From contig OZ024741.1 in assembly GCA_964016885.1 (NCBI GenBank), forward strand, positions 216,194,001-216,258,000: a DNA stretch of 64,000 nucleotides. The letters run 5' to 3'. How positions within the stretch are numbered: position 1 is the stretch's first letter; every line of letters begins with the position of its first letter. Source of the stretch: Eledone cirrhosa (lineage: Eukaryota). This document shows, piece after piece, positions 12,775 through 25,355 of this stretch. The notes below the pieces were generated by a model that ran no database searches, was not told the origin of the DNA, and saw only the letters and a program-made list of their open reading frames with translations. The translations under genes and the position numbers were made by a program.

Positions 12775-12955
12775 TTTAATATAGAAATGGCTTGTACAGG
12801 TCTAGAATTGTTTTATTCGAAGGGCTTCCTGATGATTTCCTTCGAAGGAAACAGTTCTAGTCCTGTAGAAGCCATATCTATATTAAACATTTATGCTCTG
12901 CTATGTATTGAGTACCTTACTTACTGTGGTTACCCCCGATTGAACCCGGGATACA
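12775..12955 (+). mobile_element. Fold-back pLTR mini-element (family B)
   Basis: Short inverted arm at 12775-12822, then the hammerhead and tail. (TA)n flanks. Confidence 0.8.
12823..12873 (+). ncRNA. Type I hammerhead, family B, intact
   Basis: ggcttc CTGATGA tttc cttc gaag GAAA cag ttctagtc ctg TA gaagcc; all three stems pair. Confidence 0.9.
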
Positions 12956-12978
12956 CATATATACATACATATAAATAC

Positions 12979-13033
<55 letters not shown>

Positions 13034-13176
13034 TGTGTGTGTATTAAGACTCTCTTCTTACTATATCAAGCGTAAAAGTAATAATATATTTCTTCATTGT
13101 ACTGTGGCGTTTGCTTTGTTATTTCTGTTTGCCTTTTGCATATATATATGTGTGTGTGTGTTTGTGTGTGTGTGTA

Positions 13177-13361
13177 CGAGAGTCGGTTGAAAAGTTCATA
13201 GGCTTAGTAGAAAGGAGTGATGCTGGTGGTGTGAAATATTTCATGCATTTATAAGAGTTACTATTAATGCATGCGATATTTCAGGCACTATCTTGTAAAA
13301 TAAACTTCATTTTGATATTTCATGAGAGTATTTTGGTTAGCCTATGAAGTTTTCAGCCGAT
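13177..13361. mobile_element. Tc1/mariner-type MITE
   Basis: TA|CGAG start. TIRs tcggttgaaaagttcataggct (13183-) and agcctatgaagttttcagccga (13339-13360). Confidence 0.7.
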
Positions 13362-13870
13362 ATGGTTGAGAGGAAGACCAAATCCTGAGCGGCATACCAG
13401 AGTTTGAGATCGGTGTCGAAGTCGGACCTTCGTAAAGACCTGAAGATCCGTCTCTTTGTTGCTACAGTGGAGTCTGCGCTACTGTACGGGTCTGAAACTT
13501 GGACACTGACCAAGAAACTCACTCAGATGGTGGATGGGTGCTACACAAGGATGCTGAAGATGGATCTGAAAATTAATCAGTATGCACTGAGGAGTCAGCT
13601 CGAAAATAACACCGAGGAGTCAGCTCGAAAATAACACAGAGGAGAGTGAGGTTGGCTGGACATGCTCACCGACATTCAGAGTTGACACTGCACTCAGTGC
13701 TCCTGTGGGAGCCCCTAAACGGACACACTAGAAGAGGGAGACTGAGGTTGACATATGTTGATGCCCTAAGAACAGACACAGGTCTCGTGGGGACGCATAA
13801 CATGGCGGCGGACAAAGACCGCTGGAGAGAACTCGTCCATAGATCTAGGGAATTTTACCCGCCTGGAAAT
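13362..13870 (+). mobile_element. RTE-clade LINE 3' fragment
   Basis: LKIRLFVATVESALLYGSETWTLTK...YTRML and RLAGHAHRH...LLWEP...RGR motifs, typical of the RTE C-terminal region. Confidence 0.8.
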
Positions 13871-13899
13871 AATTATATATATATATATATTTATATATA

Positions 13900-13944
<45 letters not shown>

Positions 13945-14020
13945 CGAGGGAAAAGTGGTAAGGAACCAGGTGGACCATAACGCACCAAAGTACTCAATAC
14001 TTAGGGTAGTAGAGTGGGTA

Positions 14021-14119
14021 ATAGGAGTAAGTAAGACCCCGACGGCTGAGCTCAAGCCGTTTCGACGGCTAATTAGCCGTCGAAACGGCTTGAGCTCAGC
14101 CGTCGGGGTCTTACCTACT

Positions 14120-14124
<5 letters not shown>
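14021..14124. repeat. Near-perfect 104-bp palindrome at the end of a short element in (TA)n
   Basis: ataggagtaagtaagaccccgacggctgagctcaagccgtttcgacggcta|attagccgtcgaaacggcttgagctcagccgtcggggtcttacctactcctat. Confidence 0.9.
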
Positions 14125-14184
<60 letters not shown>

Positions 14185-15299
14185 TTACTGTGTGTGTCCT
14201 CAGTTTTTTGGAAAGTCTATACAAATCCACATTTCTACTCCGATTGACTTCAAACTTGTATTTATATATTCCTTGCGGTCTAAAGATATTAACTGCAACT
14301 TTCATTTTTAAATGTTCTGCTGTTAAAGGGGTGTTAGGCGCCGGTTATCAATCTCCGTCGCGCCCTTATATCTGTCTCTATGCTTGGCTGTCTGCATTAC
14401 GACATTCTGACGAACATTCATGACGTATTATGTTCGCTATGTTCCGTTCATTGCCAGGGAATGTCTTCACGAACCAAAGTATCGTCTTCCTGTTTTCCTT
14501 CAGTTGCAATGTTTTTCGAAATATTTACTTCTGCGTTCACAGATTGATGTTTTTAGTTTCAGAAGATCACGTTAAGGGTGAAAGCAGCAATTCTTTGCTT
14601 AAACTTTAATCTGTTATTTTAATATATAATATAAGCGAGGCAAGCCAGCCCTGTTGCAGTTCTTGCCAATAAACATTAACCATTTGTGCGCCATTCATCT
14701 AACTGTAGACCAACAAATTCCAACTAAACGGAGCATTGACAAGAACGATGGCGAATGAATCTTCGAGGAAAGCAGTTTCCTCCCGAGCTGTTAGTTCATG
14801 CGGGATTCTCTGCTACACCTTTTCGTAATAATACCGAACAACGTACTGCTGGACACTTCTTCCTCCAAAAGCCGTACAAAGCGGACATGTGCATCGGGCA
14901 GATGTATCGGGTGTAAATCTATACCAGGCCTACGCGAGAAATTCTCAAGGGACTGCACCGAGAGGGATAGAGAGAAAGAATAACTTAATGGAAAGAATGC
15001 GAATGAACTTTTGAGGTAAGTAGCCTACGCCCCTTACTGCTATGACACTGGAACCTTCTGCCAACTTAACCTGTGACTTTGTCTTTCATATTTACTCCAA
15101 AAGGCCAAAACAGAGGAGTATTAAAAGAAGGGGCTCAACAATACAATATTTCTATGAACAATGCACATAGACAGCTAAACTGTACTTTCAACTTCTTAAT
15201 TTTCTCCAAATAAAACAAGTTTCCGTCGGTATATTTTCGTGAGTTTTTAACAGACACTCACAAACAAACGTTTCTCATTGGAGATGCTATTACCAATGT

Positions 15300-15332
15300 T
15301 CTTACCCGTGCAACGCCGAGATACACTGCTAG

Positions 15333-15333
<1 letters not shown>
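15300..15333 (+). mobile_element. Helitron 3' terminus (hairpin + CTAG|T)
   Basis: cccgtgcaacgccgag hairpin followed by CTAG then T. Same motif family as 16400-16428. Confidence 0.6.
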
Positions 15334-15376
<43 letters not shown>

Positions 15377-15490
15377 AATATATATATATATTCATTATTT
15401 AAGCAAATCAAGACCACAAAATTCACCTAGAAGATGTTAGTTAAAGAGTGTCAACATTAGTTGCAGTTTGATGTAAGAAATAATAATGTC

Positions 15491-15614
15491 CGTTTACAGT
15501 TGTTTCACTACTCCATATAATGTTTCTGGGTCAATCGATTATGAGATAGTATTTGATCTGGTTCAGAGAAAGATTAATAACTTAAGTTATATTATGGAGC
15601 AGATCTTCAGAACG
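15491..15614 (-). ncRNA. Type I hammerhead with a 97-nt stem II domain, family G
   Basis: cgtt CTGAAGA t ctgctccata ... tatggagtag t GAAA caactg TA aacg; 10-bp basal stem II. Confidence 0.75.
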
Positions 15615-16399
15615 TCAGATGAGATAATGAAAATATTAATAAAGACAAAGTGGAAATGAAATAAAAAATATAAAATAAAATAAAATAAGAGGGTTACGTG
15701 TCCGTAAAGATTACTCAGATTTGCAGTTCCCGAAAAGGGTCTTGGAGAGCTTAAGTGTCTGCTATAAACAAGCACTACGCATCTGTCAAGGCTATAGTAA
15801 TCAAATCTGCCTATGCGTAACAAGATGGCTACTTTTAGGAAATTTATCTTATTAAGTAGAAACGGGTTTCAAGGGAGGTGACTCCTTGAAAAGTTAAATT
15901 CACAAAAATTTAACCTAAGATAATGCAAGGGAGCTTAAATGTAAGATAATGCTAGGGAGGTAACTTATATGCGTTTAACTGTAGGGCTAAATACTTGACA
16001 TGTTAGTTATATGGAAGGGCGAGATTAGATGAAATATTAGGTTGCGTCGAATATTCTGTTAGCGAAGGAATTCGCCCTACGATGGTGGCAGTTAATAACT
16101 AACTCATTTCTGTCGTTAATGGGGGATGGGCGAGATAGGCCTCGGTAAGACAGAGATCGCAACAGTTTCTTCTCCCATTGAACGCTGGAGATCTAGCCAA
16201 TATATCCCAGGTTAGTGAATGTTAAATGTTGGCTATTTTAAGGTTTTTAATGAGCCTAGCTAGAGATGTTGACCATCTATTGCTAGGATCGCGGAAAGAA
16301 AATGAATGCGCATTATAGCATACCTTCAAAGGGTTAGCGGTAGAGCCAATATAGGAGTTAGTATGTGATGCCGTTCTAACGGTGCAGCTATATACTATA

Positions 16400-17779
16400 C
16401 TAGCATTAAAGCCCGGCGTTGCTCGGGGTCATTAAGTTACCAAAGTTAGGTTGCAGCACTTTTTTGTCTGCCAGGCACTGGGTGAATGAATTGCAGACCT
16501 GGAAGCATGAGCTGCGCCAGCAGTGACAATTGTAGTTTCGCCTATGGATATTATCTCTGTGCAAAAAAGTGTTGAAATTTATTGTTTCACAGTACTTGCG
16601 CAACACGCGAGTAGACGATGCCAGCCGAACAACAGAGCTGCGATGGAGTTGTTCTGCATGGTTGTCTGTGTGTTTTCTAAATTTAAGACAGTAGGGAGGG
16701 TTGTGATATGAGGGAGAGTTAGCTGTTGTTTCTAGCAGGTTTAGTGACCTCATAGAGGATATGTGTTTTCTAAATTTAAGACAGTAGGGAGTGGTGTGAT
16801 ATGAGGGAGAGTTAGCTGCTGTTTCTAGCAGGTTTAGTGACCTCATAGAGGATATGTGTTTTCTAAATTTAAGACAGTAGGGAGTGGTGTGATATGAGGG
16901 AGAGTTAGCTGCTGTTTCTAGCAGGTTTAGTGACCTCATAGAGGATATGTGTTTTCTAAATTTAAGACAGTAGGGAGTGGTGTGATATGAGGGAGAGTTA
17001 GCTGCTGTTTCTAGCAGGTTTAGTGACCTCATAGAAGATATGTTTTCTAAATTTAAGACAGTAGAGAGGGGTGTGATATGGGGGAGAGTTAGCTGCTGTT
17101 TCTAGCAGGTTTAGTGACCTCATAGAGGATATGTGTTTTCTAAATTTAAGACAGTAGGGAGTGGTGTGATATGAGGGAGAGTTAGCTGCTGTTTCTAGCA
17201 GGTTTAGTAACCTCATAGAGGATATGTGTTTTCTAAATTTAAGACAGTAGGGAGTGGTGTGATATGAGGGAGAGTTAGCTGCTGTTTCTAGCAGGTTTAG
17301 TGACCTCATAGAGGATATTATTGTTTATCATCTATATATATAAAACTGACTGCACGCCTAACGAAATTTACAGATACATATATTTTAAATAAACTTATAT
17401 AATTTTTGCTTTTTTTTACGAAATATTTGCTTGTTTTACGTAGTCTTTAAATAGACTTGTTTTCAAGTAAAAATTATTGTGTTAATGTCATTTTAAACGC
17501 TGAGAAAGCCAGCGTAATTTTTTTTAATTTTTGCACGCAGACGCTCAATGTAAACAGAACAAAGGGAAATAACTGATCACTTACGCTAAAAAATCGATAC
17601 ATTATATTCGATTTCGTCAGATAGGGCGGGTCAATTTGAAATATTTTTTTTCCGATGTCTTCGCTAGGGCTCAATGTACAAGTATAGCAATTTCGGTGCA
17701 ATTCCGTGAGAGATTCTAAGAGGAGATGTGTGCCAAAAATCGATAGACAGACAGACAACCACAGTTTTATATATATAGA
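16400..17779 (-). mobile_element. Non-autonomous Helitron carrying a 93-bp minisatellite
   Basis: 5' TC at 17779, 3' hairpin + CTAG at 16400, inserted between A and T with no TSD. Removing it restores the PLE frame CTT ACG CCC AA|T ATA GTA TAT AGC TGC (LTPNIVYSC). Confidence 0.88.
16670..17317. repeat. 93-bp minisatellite, about 7 copies
   Basis: Unit gtgttttctaaatttaagacagtaggg...gacctcatagaggatat, seen as 31-aa repeats in the ORF track. Confidence 0.95.
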
Positions 17780-19279
17780 TTGGGCGTAAGGTATTGTCCG
17801 TTTAATGGGCACGCAGTAGGGTTACGGCAATTGTAATTACGGTTGCGATTAGTAAGCGTAGGGTTGTTTAAACTATGCGGCTAGTGTGTACTAATAGGAT
17901 TGGTGGGGGGAGGTATGCTACTAGAATAAGTATTAGTATCGTTGCGTGGTGTATTTATGGGGGGGGGGGTACCGCGGTGTGGGAGTTATATTTTTTAGTT
18001 TATGATGGTTGCTGAAAGCGATGTGGCTAGCTAGGTTCGGTGTCGTGGAGAAGAGTTTAATATTGTTTTTATTAAAGAGTTTGTAATATCTATGGTTTGG
18101 GGGGGGGGGGGTGATAGGATAGAGAAGAAGCGTTTAGGGATGTTAGTAGCTAAGTTAGATGAAAATGGGGGTTTAAGCCAGGTGATTTTTCTAGGCCTAT
18201 TACTTCTAGGGGGTCTAGTAGAATTGGCGAGGGCCTTAATAGGGTTATTATTACCGAGGCGTTTGCTATTGGTCATCCCATTGTTCATTCCTATTCTAGG
18301 GTTGATTCTGAGTCTGCTACTAGGAGTGGGAGGTAGGCCTCTGCCACTATTACGGTTCCCTGTATAGGTGTTGTTAAGGCTAGAGTTCCGGCGTATCTGG
18401 CTAAATGTTACTGTGTTTCTAGTTCTAGTGTTAAATTTATTATAGTTGTGGCGAAGTTCTGTGTTATGGCATTTAGGTATGTAGTAGATAGACTGTTCAT
18501 AACCAGATTCAGAGAGGGCCTTATTATAATATGCCGCGTGGGTCTTAAATATCTCCTCATTGGCGGATAGCATGGAGATCCTATATGAGATAGATTTAAT
18601 GATCGCTCTGATGACTGCCGGTGGGTGGTTAGAGTGCGGGCTAATATATGTAAGTATTTCACCTGGTTTATGATAAGGGTAATATAAATTGTTATTATGA
18701 TCTACGGTGACGTCACGGACTTAGCTGGAATCTACCCTTTACATAACATCAGAGATGAAATCCCACTCTTGCAAGGTGGAATATATAGGGACGACGCCCT
18801 ATTTGCAGTCCACAAATGCACTGATCGAGGCATTGACTTGCTCAAAAAACAATTACATAGATTTTTTTTAAATAACGGTCTCTCTATCACCATGGAACCA
18901 AACCATAAGGTAGTAAATTTCCTGGACGCGGCATATTATAATAAGGCCCTCTCCTCAGAGCTTACCACTCCATCTGTATAATCAGTTCCTGATTATTACT
19001 GGAATTCTATAAGAATCTAACATTCATATTTTTCAGCAAACAATGGAAGTGGTAAGCTCCGAGGAGTACCAACAGTACGAAACAGAGATCTATCAGCTTA
19101 TCTCCCTTTGTTTGCTGAAAAAAGAAGTAAGTGACAGGGTCACTACTTTAAAAGAATAGCGTAAGGTCTTCAAAATGCTTTTAATTAAGCATACAGTGTA
19201 TTGCAAAATACACTGTATATACATTCATATATTTCATATATATATCGCTATTTCAGAGCACCAATTCTAATTTATATCA

Positions 19280-19344
<65 letters not shown>

Positions 19345-19347
<3 letters not shown>

Positions 19348-19728
19348 GTGTTAAACAATATTCAATGAGTATGTCAAAGAATGAGTTTTACAGTAGATTG
19401 GAAGCACTCAATGAGGTAAAATAATTTTCTGGAGTTATTAATATTAAAATATAAGTATTAATAAAATAGATGTTCTTTTGATCAATTACATTTTATTATA
19501 CACATTTATTATACGCCCTCATCAGACAAAATATAATGATACATGACATACCCTGAGATGTAAAAATGGTTAAGATTTAATCAAGGTAGTAAAGGTACTA
19601 CCTTGATTAAATCTTAACATTTAACATCTCAGGGTATGTCATGTATCATTATATTTTGTCTGATGAGGGCGTACTGTTGTACATCCAAAATATGTATAAT
19701 AAAATGTAATTGATCAAAAATATTAATA

Positions 19729-19732
<4 letters not shown>
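19345..19732. mobile_element. Fold-back pLTR mini-element (family H) with a decayed hammerhead
   Basis: ~19452-19590 is inverted relative to ~19596-19732. CTGATGA gggcgtac tgtt gtacatcc AAAA tatg TA at 19660-19697, then AATAAA. Confidence 0.65.
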
Positions 19733-19785
<53 letters not shown>

Positions 19786-20004
19786 TAGATAGATATAGAT
19801 ATAGATATATAAACATTTGTATTTGTAAAGCCAAATAAATGCAGGTATGGATATAGAATATAAATGCAAATGCAAATGATATTGTTGACAATTAGTCTTT
19901 TACCTGAAATTTATTTAAATATCCTTAATTTTCGAGATAATATCTCTTCTTCGGAGGGAAGTAAAGTTGTTAAACTTCCTCCTTTAGATATATATATGTA
20001 TATA

Positions 20005-20082
<78 letters not shown>

Positions 20083-20769
20083 AGTGTGTGTGTGTGTGTG
20101 TGTAACCATTCACTTTTGATTGTTTTTGACATGTTTACACGTGCCGTGGTGCCCTCTCTGTCCGCAATCTTTGCAGCACGTTTTTACCACCGTCGTAAAA
20201 AAACAAACCTTCTGGATTATCTCCCTTTCCCTTCTCCTCCTACTCACTTGTGGTTGCCCGTGTCTCTCCCTTTCTCCTGTCTATGTGAGAGGCAGCAGGA
20301 TTATACCAGCTCTGAGTCGTAGCTGACCGCCAGGCTAAAGTCTCCCAGGTTGGCCACAACTTACTTTCCCTATTTTTCCACGTTTACTTTTTTGCATCTT
20401 TCTTTCACCTGTGTCTTCCCACGATGGCACCTGTACACTTTTTTTCTCCTATTCCTTTCCTATTTTTCCCCTTCTTCCTCTTCCTCATCTTTTTACCCCC
20501 TGTTCTTCCTCTTTTCCCTCTCTTTCATTTCTTTCTCCTTTTCTCTCCCCCTTTTTTCTCTTTTTCTCTCTCCTTTTCCACCTGGTCTTTTGATTAATAA
20601 AAGGCCTCGGGCGCACCCGAACTACACCGATGTCCTGTAATTCAGCGCCGAAACATCGGTCCGGGAAACATTTATAGCTGACGATGGAAGCTCCTTTCTC
20701 CCCCTGTTCCGTCATAACCACCATCCTAAACCTTGTGTTTAGTAACCACACAGCTCCTTTCGTTTCATA

Positions 20770-20813
<44 letters not shown>

Positions 20814-20856
20814 TAGATAGATAGATAGATACATAGATAGATAGATAGATAGATAG

Positions 20857-23800
20857 ATTTCTTTATTAGCCACAAGGGCACAAAAAAGGGGACAAATACA
20901 AATGGGGAGTTTACATACAGGTATATGAAAATAAAACTATTAATAAAACAACAAATAACAATTGAAATCCCCAATAGGGGGGAGGTGTTACACAGGGGTT
21001 GCACACACCCCGAAAAAATGTACAACCCTCATCTCCAGGAGCACTAAGAGTGAGTACTCCCTTCCTCTCTTCCTCTTTTTCCTCAACCTACAGGCTTATA
21101 TAGAGAGAAGGCTCAACCACTCGGGCCATTCTTGCCACATTCACCCACCTTTTATAAAATTTGCTGAAGTACAGTACCTCTCTCTCCATCCTGATTCTTC
21201 TTCCAAAATGATATTTGAAAAAACGAATCAGTTGCTCACCGGAGAAAAAGGTGTCTGAGCTCAGCCCTTTTAACCTCGTCCACCATATAACCTCTTTCCC
21301 CATAGCCATAACACATAGGAAAACCGCCTCTCCCTCGTTTTTGAAGGAGGGTGGCGGTTTGATCATGACAATGGACTCAGTGGTCAACTGGATTGGTCCC
21401 ACCCGTGACAATAGTCGTTCTATATAGCCCCACAGGTCGGTAACGCCCGGGCAGTGTAGAAATGCGTGTGCGACGGTTTCGTCGTCGCGCCCGCATCTCG
21501 GACAGATCTTTTTCGAAGGGTCCCTACCCGGGCGCCCGTGTCTGTAGAGCTTGTCTCGAACTGGTAGAGCTCCTCGGTAGCACTGCCAGGCCAGGGACTT
21601 TTGGAAGTTGTCCATCGGTCCCGGGCGGAAGGTTCTACCGAACAGACTGGCCAGTTCGTCCTCCTCTACGCCTAGAGTTTCTCCGAGCGCGTCGTCGCAC
21701 TTGCTGCGGACCAACCCTCTATAGAATGTCGAAGTGTAGTCTCCACTGATCGCCGGGTCCGTTTGCCAGAGGACTGTGAGCGCCTGAGCACATTCGATAT
21801 GCCTGTCGCTCATTTTCCTAGGTCTTTGCTTGACCCAGGTCTGCAGCTCGGTCAGCGAGACGAGTCGTGGGAAGGCTCGCCTCACGAACGGGGCCCACAC
21901 CGGTTGTCCGGTGAGTAATATGTGCAGGTGCCGCAGCCTGAGCGCGTGTTTGCGCATCGTCAGCCACGGCATCCCCAGCCCACCAAAGGAGCCCGTTTCT
22001 TCCAAAGGAATTGGAAGAGTGCGCGCTCCATTTTGGTGAGCGTTTTGGCAGGACAAGGCACAACAGTCAAGCGGTAGTAGATGACGGACGCTATAAAAGT
22101 ATTAGCCACCTCCGCTCGACCTTTCAAGGATAGTTTGCACTCGGCCCACTTCTGGGTAAGTGCAAACACCTTGGCCGTCACCTCGTTCCAGTTCTTCTCC
22201 ACCTGGAGGTCAGGACCAAACCAGACCCCGAGCAGCTTTACCGGTCCTTCCGTCCAGCGTCCGACGACGTCATCGGAAGACATCGGTTTGCTTCTCCACG
22301 TTCCGCGTTGCAAACCGACGAATTTGTCCCGGTTCAGCTTCGCTCCTGTGAACCTTTCGTATTCCTCCAGTAAGGTGCCGAACTCCCCGATTTGCAAGGT
22401 GTTCGACACCATTACTCTCACGTCGTCGGCGTAGGCCGAGGCCGCTTTTCGCAGTCCCGGTTCCAAAGGGATGCCCTGCAATAGCTCCAGCTTCCGCAGT
22501 AGTGGCTCGAGAGTCAGTACATACAGAAGGGAGGAGAGAGGGCATCCCTGTCGGATGGATCGCGTGATATGGAACGGCTCCGAGAGGTAGCTGTTCACCT
22601 GGACCCTTGAGCAGTTGTTGCTGTTGTGCATTGCAGCAATCCAGCCTCTGAACACGAGATCGAAGCCTGCCGCCTCGAGCACCGCATCCAGGTAACGATG
22701 GTCAACCCTATCGAAAGCCTTAGACTGATCCAAGTTGATCAAGGCCCCACCGAAGCCGGGTTTACATCCTACCCTCTCTATGATGTATCGCATGAGGTGG
22801 AAGTTGTTGTGTATGGACCTGGTCGGGATTACGCATGTCTGCGCTTCTTCCACCAGGTTTTCAACGACAAGCGCCAGCCTCTTTGCCAACACCTTGGCCA
22901 AAATCTGTAACTCTGTGTTGAGCAGAGTTAAGGGCCGGAAGTTGCCTATGCCATCCCTCTTGTTCTCGTCCTTCCTGACTAACGTGATTACGCCCTTGGT
23001 CACAGAACTGGGAATTCTCCCGTTCTGCTGCCAGTTTCAGTAGACCGCTTCCAGGAGACCGGAGACAAGTCCGGCATTGCTACGTAAAATTCGTAGGGTA
23101 GACCGTCAAGACCTGGAGATTTGCGTTTGCCGCATTGGCTCAGCGCGTCCCCTATCTCAGCGGTCGAAATCGGCCTTTCGCAGAACTTTGCCTCGCTGTC
23201 CGAGAGTCGCGGTAGGCCGTCGAGGTATGGACCGAAATCTATAGCCCCTCTCGGCGCGCCGCCCTGCCCGAACAGTTGAGCAAAGTGCCGCTGAAAGGCC
23301 GCGCACATTTGCTTCGGCTCACGTTTCACGCGTCCGTCTTGGTCCTTCAAAGACCGAATCGTTGACTTGTTGCCCCTTTTCGCCTCCGTCACTCCGGCCC
23401 AGCTAACAGCTTTGGCTCCCTCGTTTCCCAGAGCACGTATTTTGCTTCTGACAACACAGCCTTCATGCTTTGCGTCGAAGAACTGGTCCAAGGCCGTCTC
23501 TCGTCGCTAGCACGCTGGCTACATTTCCACTCCTAAGTGCCTCTTCTGCTTTATCTACCAGTTCCTTTTCGATCTTATTTCTATCTAACACTAATTCTTT
23601 ACTAAAACCTATCGAGTCTAATCTAACTGCCCTCTTGAGAGAGTACCACCATCTTTTGTTAACAATGGCCTCCGTCAAGTGCTGCTTAACTAAAGTGCTA
23701 ATCCGTCTACTGTAGGCTTTGCATGTCGGTAACGACAATTTCAGCTTCCAGTAGCCGGGTCCCTGTCTATGGGTTTTGTCAAGGTTGACTAAGAAGGTTA

Positions 23801-25299
23801 CTAATTTGTGATCTGAATAGGGAACAATGAACATTTGTGGACAGCTTAACATGTCCCTACCCTTCTTTCTAACTAGAACCCTATCTAGGTACAATCTAGA
23901 TGTTCCGCTACGATTACTCCACGTCCACAGTGGCACAGTCGGAAAATCTAGTCGATATCTTTCGGCCGATTAACTGTTTGAGACTGTTACAACCCCTCTA
24001 TCAGGACATGCTCCCACATAGTCCCAACGTGCATCTAGGATTCCATTCCAGTCCCCCACTAACAGCAGGGAGCGGGACGTTCCCAGAAAAGTCTCTAGAC
24101 GTTTGGAGAAGTCTGGCCGCGGTGTCCCGGATGGGGCATATGCGGCCACCAGCCTGAAGGCTCCACCTTCACTACCGTCAACGTCTAGGACCACCAGTCG
24201 ACCCCCGGGTCCAGATGTACCGTCTGCGTTACGAGGTCCAGGTGTTTCCGCAGCAAAACGGCAACCCCACGCCCACCTCCCGGCTGACAGAGAGATGCGT
24301 AGATCTCAAAGTCGTCGAAGATGGGGGCCAGTTGTCGCTCGCTGTGTATCCTGGACTCGCAAATGGCTACTACATCCGTGCTGTGCGACCTGAGGTCGTT
24401 TAAGAGTTTGCCCTGTTACCAGGGTATACCCAGGCCGCGTATATTCACACATCCAACTCTTATATTGGCCATGTTGGTGCTGAAAAGTTAACAGAAGAGG
24501 AAAAGAAATCACTCACCTCTTCGTCTCCTGGGGACCAGGCTGCACAATTTCCATGGGGGTGTTGGAGGGGTTGTTTGGTGGGGTGGTGGTCTCTGGAGGG
24601 GTGGGGACAGAGATGTTTGGTGGAGAGGGGTTGTCTGGTGGGATGGGGGTGTGGGTGGGGAAACATTTTAACAGGACTCGATTGTAGGGTTTGACGCAAG
24701 GGTTACCTACGTCGTTACGAAATTTTTCTTTCAACTGTTTATGTGTGTCCATGGAGGTCCTAATCATTTTAAGATTAGGATTATCCGAAGAGTGTGTAAA
24801 AGTTTTCCCTTCGGTGGCGACCGAAGGGTTTTTATATATGGGGTCTGTTAAAGTGTTATTGTTAGTATTTATGTAGGTGTAACATTTTGTTGTGTTGGGT
24901 TGCTTTTTGTCTGTGGTTCTTGTGTGTGTTAACGTTTTGTAGTAGGTGTTTTGTTTTCAGGAGGTGGTGTTTTTGTTTGTGCTGTTTGCGTCGCTTGTGT
25001 TGGTGTTTGTGTGTTTGTTGCATTTTTGTTTGTGTTATGTCTTTTCTTTTTTCTTTTTACTGGTCGGAAAGGCTTTCCCTCATGGTCACTGGGTGACGAT
25101 GAGAGGCCTCATCCGTGTTGTTGGGGAGGGGTACGTTTTGGGGAACTGTTATGTGTGTGGGTGTTTCTGGAGTTGTTTTAGGTGGGGAGGGGTTGGGTGG
25201 GACTGTGTTGTCGTTTGTTTTGTTGTCACTATTTGTTTATGTTGTTGTTGTTGTTGTGGTGGTGGTGGTGATTGTTGTGCTGGTGTTGCAGGTGTTGGC
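20857..25299 (-). mobile_element. Tx1/L1-clade LINE, 5'-truncated in ORF1, degraded
   Basis: APE (VGCVNIRGL, VGDWNGILD, YLDRVLV, SDHK, GPGYWKL), RT (KSPGLDG, FRPLTLLN, DQSKAFDRV, RQGCPLS, YADD) and zf-RVT (CPRC...ETVAHAFLHC). AATAAA at the 3' end. Confidence 0.95.
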
Positions 25300-25301
25300 A
25301 G

Positions 25302-25354
<53 letters not shown>

Positions 25355-25355
25355 T

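Larger units (their letters stand above)
15395..18960 (-). mobile_element. Degraded PLE (Naiad-like type) interrupted by a Helitron, with an inverted RT segment
   Basis: YYPYHKP...SNHPP...LSANEEIF, then NCRNPTACPLNG | IVYSC...YIGST...CDLCLTE. The + strand piece 18697-18927 encodes GGIYRDD...VVNFLD. pLTR hammerhead at 15491. Confidence 0.85.

Noticed and set aside
16406-17309. 31-aa repeat protein
   Set aside because: 93-bp minisatellite inside a Helitron, with a frameshift within the array.
20625-20700. ccgatgTC...GAAAcatcgg, resembling a type III hammerhead
   Set aside because: No CUGANGA between the stems, and the nearby CTGACGA lacks a following GAAA.
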